This document shows, piece after piece, positions 36,500-44,851 of a stretch of DNA of 59,318 bases (positions are counted from its first letter, which is position 1; every line of letters starts with the position of its first letter). The position numbers and the translations under genes were made by a program. Origin of the DNA: Fidelibacterota bacterium. Its GTDB lineage: Bacteria; Fidelibacterota; Marinisomatia; Marinisomatales; Marinisomataceae. The stretch covers positions 1 to 59,318 of the forward strand of contig JABHGE010000034.1 of NCBI GenBank assembly GCA_018672235.1, given 5' to 3'. A model generated the notes under the pieces. It had not been told where the DNA came from, made no database searches, and worked only from the letters and a program-made list of their open reading frames with translations.

Positions 36500-38905
36500 A
36501 TGAAACAATTTATTTTAACACTATTTTTTATGAGCATTGTTTTTGCTCAATCAACAATCACAGGACTTGTCATTGATCAAGATACAGGTCTTCCGTTAAA
36601 GGATGCAAATGTATCTGTCGTTGATGACAGTGGAACAAGTATTGCTGGAACTAGTACAGATGATGACGGAAAATTTGAACTTAGTCTTTCTGAAGCCAGA
36701 AAAGTTCAAGTCTCTGTTATTGGATATGAGAATGCAACTGCTGATGTAGTATTTAATCAGTCTATGATTTTCAATCTTGTAAGCGAAGCCATATCTTTTG
36801 AAGGTGTAAGAGTCTTCTCGTCACTTCGCAAAGTTAATGAAGGTGACCTAGCTACTTCAGCAATCATTTTTAATGATGAGCTACAAGTTAAGCAAGGACA
36901 GCACTTCAGTGACTTAATACAAAAAGTTCCAAATCTAAATTATGCAGGTGGAACCTCCAGACCGAAATATTTTCAAATTAGAGGAGAGGGTTCTGTAAGT
37001 CGATATGCTGATCAAGGACCTCCAAGTACTTATGTTGGATTAGTTTTAGATGGAATGGATCTATCTGAACTTGGTATGATTACACCTCTTTTTGATATGC
37101 AGCAGGTAGAAGTACTAATGGGTGTTCAAACTAGTTTATTTGGTGCATCAGCATCTTCTGGTTTGATTAATTTTAAAACTAACGATCCAACGGATAAACA
37201 AGAAGGATATGTTATGACCCAATTTGGTTCATACAATACTCTTACAAATGGAATTGTCTATAATACTCCATTATTAAATGGTTGGAAGTTAAGATTAGTA
37301 GGTCACTCGAATGTTTCAGATGGATATAAAGATAATGTTGCTTCAGGCATAGATTATGCATCAGCAAATAGAGATGAGACATCATTTAGAGCTAAATTAT
37401 TAAAGACTGGCGATAATAATATCACGCAAAAGTATACAATGATTTACTCTGATTTTGATAATGGATATGATAACTGGGCTCCAGATAATAATACTGATAA
37501 TATTACCTATTCAGATAATCCAGGTAAAGACAGTCAAAAATCACAGATTTTTATAGCTGACTATAGTTATGATCTTGACGAAGGTTTTGCTGAGCTGAAT
37601 GTCGGTGTATCAAACAATGAAACATTACATAGTTATGATTCAGATTGGGGAAATTATCAATTTTGGTTTCAAGATCCTTACAACTTTGATCCAGCAGTAG
37701 AAGGATATCAATATGACTTTTTTGATTCATTCGATAGAGACATTGATACAAGAACTGTTGATTTTAGGTTAAGATCAAATACTGCCAATGATAATAAAGT
37801 AGACTATGTAATGGGATTATATCAGTCTAATTATGAAGAAAAAACTAATGCAGATGGATACATTTTTGGAGGCTCTTCCACAGGTTTAGCTTCTGCTTAT
37901 GATATTATCACAAAGTCTGCATATGGTGAATTAGCATTTAATTTTAAAAATGATTCATCAGTTTCTTTAGCCTTTAGATCCGAAGCTAGAGATCTTACAT
38001 ATAATGATTTTAATGATAAAAGTGCAAGCTTTGATATGATGGGTGATTTTGAAAACTCATATAAAATTGCTTATGAATTTCATCCAACTCCAACCCTACA
38101 TTGGTTTGCTTATTATGCTGAAGGATATCATCCTGCAGGTATAAATCAAAATCCATATTTAGACGCGGATGAAAAAACATATGATGCAGAAACTTATTTT
38201 GATATAACTACTGGAATAAGATGGTATACTGATAATATAAAATTATCAAGCTCTCTATTTTACTTAGAGCATGATGATCATATTTATGAAACAAGCGAGC
38301 AATTAGATCCAATGAATCCTAATGCATTTGCTTTTTTTAAGACAAATGCTGAATCAGGCTATGAATATGGTTCTGAATCAACTGGTGAATTTAGAATAAC
38401 TGATAAATTTACTATCAACGCTACTTTAGGATTATTGAGCTCTGAAATTGAGTTGGGTGGTCATGATGAACATGGCGATGAACATGGCGATGATGACCAT
38501 GATGATGATCACGGCGATGATGATCATGATGAACATGGCGATGAACATGAAGGCCATGAGCATGGTAAAAAAGCACATTCACCAAACTGGAATTACAGCT
38601 TATCATTTAACTATGATTTCACTGTAAACAATTCTTTAATGATTGAAATTTCAGGAAAAGATGGATTTGTATTTGATTCTGCGCATGATGAGTATGAATC
38701 AGAACCATATCATCTATTGAATGCATATTATAATCATTCAATCAATCAATTTGATCTAGGATTCTATGCAAAAAATATCCTTGATGAAAGTTACGCAGAT
38801 AGAGGATTTATTCTTGGTCTAGAACCTCCAATATATGAAGAGAAGCTATACAAATCTTTTGGACCTCCAAGAGAAATTGGAATGTCATTAACATATAGTT
38901 TCTAA
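36500..38905 (+). CDS. TonB-dependent outer-membrane receptor with N-terminal CarboxypepD_reg-like domain and a His/Asp-rich loop
   Basis: Signal peptide (FFMSIVFAQ), then a carboxypeptidase-regulatory-like beta-sandwich (ITGLVIDQDTGLPLKDANVSV). Plug region (YFQIRGEG), a long beta-barrel, and a terminal aromatic residue (LTYSF). Confidence 0.9.
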   Translation: MKQFILTLFFMSIVFAQSTITGLVIDQDTGLPLKDANVSVVDDSGTSIAGTSTDDDGKFELSLSEARKVQVSVIGYENATADVVFNQSMIFNLVSEAISFEGVRVFSSLRKVNEGDLATSAIIFNDELQVKQGQHFSDLIQKVPNLNYAGGTSRPKYFQIRGEGSVSRYADQGPPSTYVGLVLDGMDLSELGMITPLFDMQQVEVLMGVQTSLFGASASSGLINFKTNDPTDKQEGYVMTQFGSYNTLTNGIVYNTPLLNGWKLRLVGHSNVSDGYKDNVASGIDYASANRDETSFRAKLLKTGDNNITQKYTMIYSDFDNGYDNWAPDNNTDNITYSDNPGKDSQKSQIFIADYSYDLDEGFAELNVGVSNNETLHSYDSDWGNYQFWFQDPYNFDPAVEGYQYDFFDSFDRDIDTRTVDFRLRSNTANDNKVDYVMGLYQSNYEEKTNADGYIFGGSSTGLASAYDIITKSAYGELAFNFKNDSSVSLAFRSEARDLTYNDFNDKSASFDMMGDFENSYKIAYEFHPTPTLHWFAYYAEGYHPAGINQNPYLDADEKTYDAETYFDITTGIRWYTDNIKLSSSLFYLEHDDHIYETSEQLDPMNPNAFAFFKTNAESGYEYGSESTGEFRITDKFTINATLGLLSSEIELGGHDEHGDEHGDDDHDDDHGDDDHDEHGDEHEGHEHGKKAHSPNWNYSLSFNYDFTVNNSLMIEISGKDGFVFDSAHDEYESEPYHLLNAYYNHSINQFDLGFYAKNILDESYADRGFILGLEPPIYEEKLYKSFGPPREIGMSLTYSF
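38462..38563 (+). repeat. in-frame low-complexity H/D/E/G tract with a 25-bp perfect direct repeat
   Basis: Encodes HDEHGDEHGDDDHDDDHGDDDHDEHGDEHEGHEH. CATGATGAACATGGCGATGAACATG occurs at 38462-38486 and again at 38525-38549, an offset of 63 bp (21 codons). Confidence 0.85.
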
Positions 38906-38916
38906 TGTCTTATTTT

Positions 38917-38954
38917 CATAATTTAGCGGGTAATATAATACCCGCTAAATTATG
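38917..38954 (+). terminator. perfect 16-bp hairpin after the receptor gene that includes the polA ATG
   Basis: CATAATTTAGCGGGTA (38917-38932), loop ATATAA, TACCCGCTAAATTATG (38939-38954). The last three nt are the polA start codon. No T-tract follows. Confidence 0.5.
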
Positions 38955-41666
38955 AGTTCTAAACAACAAAAAAGATTATTCATTATTGATGGCTATGCCA
39001 CTTTATACAGAGCACACTATGCTCTTATCAGAAATCCACTAACAAATACTGCTGGTACACCGACTAGTGCTGTATTTGGATTTGCGAATCAAGTATTTCA
39101 ATTAATTGAAGATGAAAAGCCAGATTATCTTGTCGCAGCTTTTGATTCAAAAGGTAAAAACTTTAGACATGAACTCTACACAGACTATAAGGCAAATCGA
39201 TCTGCAATGCCCGATGAGATACAAACACAACTTCCATATTTATGGGAACTTCTGGAGGCAATGAATATCCCAATGTTAAGAGTGGGAGGTGTAGAAGCAG
39301 ATGATATTATTGGAACGGTTGCTAAGATGTGCGATAAAGAAAATCTCCAGTGCAATATTGTAAGTGGAGATAAAGACTTTATGCAATTAATTAACGACAA
39401 GACGTTCTTATATGCTCCTCAAGCAAGAAAGCGTGCCAAAGAAGTATTTAATAAGAAGAAAGTATTAGAAAAATGGGGAGTTGGTCCAGAGCATATTATT
39501 GATTTATTAGGTTTGATGGGAGATAGTTCAGATAATGTTCCAGGCGTTCAAGGAGTTGGCCCCAAAACAGCAAAAAAGTTGATACAAGACTTTGGATCTA
39601 TTGAAAGCATATATGAAGAAATTGATAATATCAGTAATGAAAAAATGAGAGAAAAGTTATTAAATAGTAAAGAAAATGCTTTATTAAGTAAGCAATTAGT
39701 AACGATTCTAACAGATGTAAATATCGAAGCTACTATTAGTGATTTTGAGAAAAAAGAAATGGATTTGGCTAAACTTGAAGATATTTTTAAAGAATTAGAA
39801 TTTTCCGGTTTACTCAAAAAGATTGGTTCGAATGAATCTGTTGATATTCAAACAGTAAAACGAGAAAAAAAGTATGAAAACCTGACAGATATAGACCAAT
39901 TAACATCATTTGTTAACTCAATTAAAGAAAATGAATGGCTATCTGTTGATTTAGAAACTACATCTGTAAATCCAATGATTGCTGAAATTGTAGGTTTTAG
40001 TTTTTCTGTCAAAAAAGATACGGGAGTATATGTTCCAATACGCTTTAAAGATAAGATTGATAATTTGTTTGGAGAAGACGATCTTCAAACTGCGATTGAT
40101 ATCTTAAAACCGATATTAGAAAATTCAGATATTCCAAAAACCGGGCAAAACATTAAATATGATGCATTAATAATGAAACGATATGGAATTGATTTGGATG
40201 GAATTGCTTTTGATACGATGATTGCTGCACATTTGATTAGTCCAAATTCTAGATCTTACAAGTTAGATAATTTATCTTTATCACATCTGAATTATAAGAT
40301 GGTTCCTATACAGAATTTAATTGGATCTGGTAAAAATCAAATAACGATGGATGAAGTTACCTTGGAAGATGTATCGTTTTATGCTGCAGAAGATGCTGAT
40401 GTTGTTATAGAGCTAACTGAAATTTTTCTGAAAGAGTTAAAAAAACAAAAATTATATAATTATTTCAAAGCTATCGAAATTGATTTGTTACCTGTTTTAA
40501 TTGATATGCAATTTAATGGAATATTTGTTGATAAAGATTATCTTGCAATACGTTCTGATCAAATTGGCATAAAAATTGATGCTCTTCATAATCAGATTAC
40601 AGAATTAGCAGATAAAGATTTTAACGTGAATTCTTCGCAACAGCTTGCGGAGATTTTATTTGATAAATTAGGCCTACCGATGATTAAGAAACGATCGACA
40701 GCAGAAGCCGTCTTATCAGAATTGAAGAATAAACACGATCTTCCAAAATTAGTTCTACAGTATAGAAAGTTATTTAAATTAAAAAATACTTATCTTGATC
40801 CAATACCAACTAATATTAATCCAGTTTCTAATCGAGTTCACTCTTCATTTAATCAAACTATGACAGCTACAGGAAGGCTTTCTTCAAGTAGTCCAAATTT
40901 TCAGAATATTCCTATAAGAACAGAAGATGGAAAAGACGTGAGAAAAGCTATCAGAGCACAGTCATCAGATTACCAAATTTTTTCTGCAGACTATTCACAA
41001 GTTGAATTACGAGTTATGGCACATTTGAGTCAAGATAAAGCTCTCATTGAAGCGCTAAATAATGGAGAAGATATTCATACATTTACAGCAAAAAATATAT
41101 TTGGTATTGATAAAGATGAAGATGTATTAGCTGAAATGCGACGTACAGCTAAAATAGTAAACTTTGGAATCATGTATGGTGCAGGCCCATTTCGCTTAAG
41201 TAAAGAATTGGATGTTCCATTTGGTGAGGCTAAAAAAATAAAAGACGCTTATTTTAGTAAGTATAAAGGTATTGAAGAGTATATCGCTAAATCCAAAGTA
41301 CTTATTAAGTCTGAAAAATCTGTACAGACTCTGTTGGGAAGAAAAAGAGCTGTATGGGATTCTGATAGCCAGAATAAGATTAGGAGAGATGCCGCAGAAA
41401 GAATGGCTATTAATATGCCTATTCAAGGGACAGCAGCTGAAATGATTAAGCTTGCAATGATTAAGATATACAAAGATTTGAAGGATAATAATCTAAAATC
41501 AAAATTAATTTTACAAGTTCACGATGAATTGCTTTTAGAGGTTCATAAAGATGAATTAGATTATATATCAGAAATGGTAGTAAAAAATATGAAAAATGCA
41601 ATGGAGCTAGATGTTCCAATAGAGATTGACTGCGGTTTCGGCCCATCTTGGTTTGAGGCGCATTAA
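38952..41666 (+). CDS. polA: DNA polymerase I
   Basis: 904 aa. Has a 5'-3' exonuclease N-terminus (LIDGYATLYRAHYA, GDSSDNVPGVQGVGPKTA), a 3'-5' exonuclease region (DLETTS), and polymerase motifs (DYSQVELRV, KIVNFGIMYG, QVHDELL). Confidence 0.97.
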   Translation: MSSKQQKRLFIIDGYATLYRAHYALIRNPLTNTAGTPTSAVFGFANQVFQLIEDEKPDYLVAAFDSKGKNFRHELYTDYKANRSAMPDEIQTQLPYLWELLEAMNIPMLRVGGVEADDIIGTVAKMCDKENLQCNIVSGDKDFMQLINDKTFLYAPQARKRAKEVFNKKKVLEKWGVGPEHIIDLLGLMGDSSDNVPGVQGVGPKTAKKLIQDFGSIESIYEEIDNISNEKMREKLLNSKENALLSKQLVTILTDVNIEATISDFEKKEMDLAKLEDIFKELEFSGLLKKIGSNESVDIQTVKREKKYENLTDIDQLTSFVNSIKENEWLSVDLETTSVNPMIAEIVGFSFSVKKDTGVYVPIRFKDKIDNLFGEDDLQTAIDILKPILENSDIPKTGQNIKYDALIMKRYGIDLDGIAFDTMIAAHLISPNSRSYKLDNLSLSHLNYKMVPIQNLIGSGKNQITMDEVTLEDVSFYAAEDADVVIELTEIFLKELKKQKLYNYFKAIEIDLLPVLIDMQFNGIFVDKDYLAIRSDQIGIKIDALHNQITELADKDFNVNSSQQLAEILFDKLGLPMIKKRSTAEAVLSELKNKHDLPKLVLQYRKLFKLKNTYLDPIPTNINPVSNRVHSSFNQTMTATGRLSSSSPNFQNIPIRTEDGKDVRKAIRAQSSDYQIFSADYSQVELRVMAHLSQDKALIEALNNGEDIHTFTAKNIFGIDKDEDVLAEMRRTAKIVNFGIMYGAGPFRLSKELDVPFGEAKKIKDAYFSKYKGIEEYIAKSKVLIKSEKSVQTLLGRKRAVWDSDSQNKIRRDAAERMAINMPIQGTAAEMIKLAMIKIYKDLKDNNLKSKLILQVHDELLLEVHKDELDYISEMVVKNMKNAMELDVPIEIDCGFGPSWFEAH

Positions 41667-42772
41667 TGCACTATATTGGACCAAAAGTACATATTGATTT
41701 AACGCAATTAGTGAAAAATTATCATCTTTTAAGTAATGAAGTCGGTAATATTCCTATTATGGCTACAGTAAAAGCTAATGCATATGGTCATGGTTCTGTA
41801 GAAGTATCAAAAGCTTTAGAAAAAGAAGGGGTTAGGTATTTAGCGGTCTTTACAATTGAAGAAGGTGTAGAGTTGAGAGAGGCTGGAGTCCAATCAGACA
41901 TTTTAATTTATTCAAAGCTAAATCCTCATGGTATAGATAGCGCTATAAAACATAAACTTACTTTAAACATCTCGTCTTTTGATGATCTAGAAATTTTAAA
42001 AAGATATAATGTGCAAGGACATATGCTTAAGGTCCATTTAAAGATAGATACTGGAATGACAAGATTGGGTGTAGCTCATAATCAAGCAGAAGATTTTCTC
42101 AGGCAAGCACGAGATATTGATCATATAGAAATTGAGGGACTATATTCTCATTTTGCAACCGCAGATGAAGGAGATTTAACATATGCAAAATCTCAATTAG
42201 ATAAGTTTAATGCAGTATTAACAATTGCAGAAGAATTAGATATTAATCCTGTATTAATTCACTGTAGTAATAGTGGAGCAATTCTAAACCTGCCAGAATC
42301 GCGATTTAATCTAATACGTACAGGCATGCTACTATATGGAGGATTTCCATCAGATGAAGTACCTCAAGACCTATCTATTAAGCCAGTAATGACATTTACT
42401 GCACCCGTCGTAGAAATAAGAGATGTTAAAGCAGGAACTCATATTAGTTATGGTGGAGTATATACTACAAAAGAAGATACAAGAATTGCAGTGGTACAAG
42501 CTGGATTTGCAGATGGAGTACCACGTCCTTGGTATGTAGATGGATTTGTAAAGTTTAAAGATCAAAATTTAAAGATTACTGGAAGAATTTGCATGGATCA
42601 GTTGATGATTGATATTGGGTCAGCTGATATTAAGTATGGAGATGAGGTATTAATTTTTGGCTCCAATCAACATGGGACTATTCCAGTAAATAAAATTGCT
42701 AAAACCATTGATTCTACATCGTATGTCCTAGTAACTGCGATTGGAATTCGTCCAAAAAGAATTTATTCTTAG
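41666..42772 (+). CDS. alr: alanine racemase
   Basis: PLP-lysine motif ATVKANAYGHG and the GRICMDQLMIDI stretch typical of Alr. TAATG overlap with polA. Confidence 0.9.
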   Translation: MHYIGPKVHIDLTQLVKNYHLLSNEVGNIPIMATVKANAYGHGSVEVSKALEKEGVRYLAVFTIEEGVELREAGVQSDILIYSKLNPHGIDSAIKHKLTLNISSFDDLEILKRYNVQGHMLKVHLKIDTGMTRLGVAHNQAEDFLRQARDIDHIEIEGLYSHFATADEGDLTYAKSQLDKFNAVLTIAEELDINPVLIHCSNSGAILNLPESRFNLIRTGMLLYGGFPSDEVPQDLSIKPVMTFTAPVVEIRDVKAGTHISYGGVYTTKEDTRIAVVQAGFADGVPRPWYVDGFVKFKDQNLKITGRICMDQLMIDIGSADIKYGDEVLIFGSNQHGTIPVNKIAKTIDSTSYVLVTAIGIRPKRIYS

Positions 42773-42920
42773 GCCATTATTTTTTATATTATAAAGAGCA
42801 AGCAAAGAGCGGAGTAGATGCAGTTTAAGAGCGGATTAATCGCCTAAAAAAACAGAGACATCGTTCTTATGATAGATGATTTAAAAGATATAAGGCGTGA
42901 TCTAAATAGAATTATAAAAA

Positions 42921-44705
42921 ATGGAAAAAAATAAAACAGTTAAAATTGGTGGAGCTTCCGCATTTTGGGGAGATACCAATAATGCAGCAGCACAACTTGT
43001 ACATAGTAAGCAGATTGATTATCTAGTCTTTGACTATCTAGCAGAAATAACAATGTCTATTTTGGCAGGTGCAAAAATGAAAAATTCTGAATTAGGATAT
43101 GCTACAGACTTTGTAAAACAAGTTGCTCCATTATTACAAGATATAAAAATACAGGGAATTAAAGTCGTTAGCAATGCAGGAGGTATTAATCCTCAAGCAT
43201 GTCGTAAAATGTTGCTGGATGCAGCTAAAAAAGCAAACGTTGAATTAAATGTTGCTGTAGTTGAAGGTGATAATCTTTTATATCAAAAAGATACATTACA
43301 AGCACTACCTGTAAAAGAAATGGAAACAGGAAGCTCAATGCCAGAAAATGTAATGAGTATTAATGCATATCTTGGAGCTTCTGCGATTGAAAGTGCTTTA
43401 AAAGAAGGTGCAGATGTTGTTATTACAGGAAGATGTGTTGATAGTGCAGTTGTATTAGGTCCGTTAATATATGAATTTGGTTGGAAGTCCACAGAGTATG
43501 ATTTACTTGCAGCAGGAAGTTTAGCTGGTCATATCATTGAATGTGGTGCTCAATGTACAGGTGGAAATTTCACTGATTGGCATTTAATAAAAGATTTTGA
43601 TAATATGGGCTTTCCTATTGTAGAAGTACAAGCAAATGGAGATTTCATTGTTACAAAACCAGAAAATACTGGCGGTATTGTATCATTTGGCTCAGTTGCT
43701 GAACAATTTTTATATGAGATTGGTAATCCAAATGCATATATCTTACCGGATGTAGTATGTAATTTTACTAATGTTACTATTAAAGAAATTGGAGTCAATC
43801 GTGTATTATTTTCTGGTGCAAAAGGTATTGCTCCAACAAGTACCTATAAAGTTTCTGCTACTTATTTAAGCGGTTATCGCATTACAGTACCAATCGTTAT
43901 TGGTGGTATTAATGCTGTTAAAAAAGCACAAATCACCGCTGATGCTATTATTAAGAAAACTGAACGCATTTTTAAAGAAAATGGTTGGACTGATTATACA
44001 GATAAAAATATATCTATTATTGGAACAGAGGCAATGTATGGTCATAATGCACTTCCAGTTAAACCGAGAGAAGTATTATTAAGAATTGTGGCAACACATA
44101 ATCAAAAAGAGGCATTAATTCTTTTATCTAAGGAAATTGCACAAGCATCTACCGGTATGACTCCTGGCTTTACTAACATGCTCGGTGGTAGACCTTCTGT
44201 ATCTCGATCAATAAGACTATTCTCTTTTCTGGTACCAAAAAATAGTGTAGAAACTGTAGTTGACGTATGTGATAAGAGGTTCAAAATAGACAATGGAAAT
44301 GAGTTTAGTAATATGGAAGATTTACAGGATGTTGAAATTCCTATACAGGATCTACAGCCAACAGATTCAGAAGTATCCTTAATTAAGCTAGCTTACGGTC
44401 GTAGTGGAGATAAAGGAGATCATTGTAATATTGGTATTATTGCTAGGCAGTCAGAATATCTTCCATATATTAAGAATTTTTTAACAACTGATCGGGTAGC
44501 AAAGCATTTTGCACATGTATTGCAAGGCGATGTTCATTGTTGGGATGTTCCTGGAATACATGCATTAAATTTTCTGCTTAAAAATTCTTTAGGTGGAGGA
44601 GGAATGGCAAGTTTAAATATAGATCCACAAGGTAAGGCATATGCACAACAACTACTTGATATTAAAGTACCAGTTCCAAGTGCTATAGCTGAGGAGATAA
44701 GATAA
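42921..44705 (+). CDS. AtuA-family (DUF1446) protein
   Basis: 594 aa. The N-terminus VKIGGASAFWGD, GADVVITGRCVDSA and ECGAQCTGGNFTDW are patterns I associate with the acyclic-terpene-utilisation AtuA family. The downstream acyl-CoA carboxylase, hydratase and dehydrogenase genes fit an atu-like context. Confidence 0.75.
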   Translation: MEKNKTVKIGGASAFWGDTNNAAAQLVHSKQIDYLVFDYLAEITMSILAGAKMKNSELGYATDFVKQVAPLLQDIKIQGIKVVSNAGGINPQACRKMLLDAAKKANVELNVAVVEGDNLLYQKDTLQALPVKEMETGSSMPENVMSINAYLGASAIESALKEGADVVITGRCVDSAVVLGPLIYEFGWKSTEYDLLAAGSLAGHIIECGAQCTGGNFTDWHLIKDFDNMGFPIVEVQANGDFIVTKPENTGGIVSFGSVAEQFLYEIGNPNAYILPDVVCNFTNVTIKEIGVNRVLFSGAKGIAPTSTYKVSATYLSGYRITVPIVIGGINAVKKAQITADAIIKKTERIFKENGWTDYTDKNISIIGTEAMYGHNALPVKPREVLLRIVATHNQKEALILLSKEIAQASTGMTPGFTNMLGGRPSVSRSIRLFSFLVPKNSVETVVDVCDKRFKIDNGNEFSNMEDLQDVEIPIQDLQPTDSEVSLIKLAYGRSGDKGDHCNIGIIARQSEYLPYIKNFLTTDRVAKHFAHVLQGDVHCWDVPGIHALNFLLKNSLGGGGMASLNIDPQGKAYAQQLLDIKVPVPSAIAEEIR

Positions 44706-44851
44706 CTATACAATATAACAGAGTGCTTAGAAAAGAATTAGCATTCCAACCGTTACAAAAAAGTGATAAACATAAACCGTTTGATGGTTTTCATTTATCA
44801 AAACTTCTAGAAGTTTTAGAAGGAAAATTATAATTAATTATAAGGACAAGA

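Noticed and set aside
38421-38606. 61-aa His-rich antisense ORF (…HRHVHHDHHRRDHHHGHH…).
   Set aside because: It is the mirror image of the His/Asp codon repeat (CAT/GAT read as ATG/ATC) in the TonB-dependent receptor. The sense frame is continuous with the barrel sequence on both sides.
42869-42934. 21-codon ORF (MIDDLKDIRRDLNRIIKNGKK) overlapping the AtuA-family start, considered as a leader peptide.
   Set aside because: It has no Shine-Dalgarno sequence, a composition expected from AT-rich spacer, and no feature such as a codon run that would suggest attenuation.
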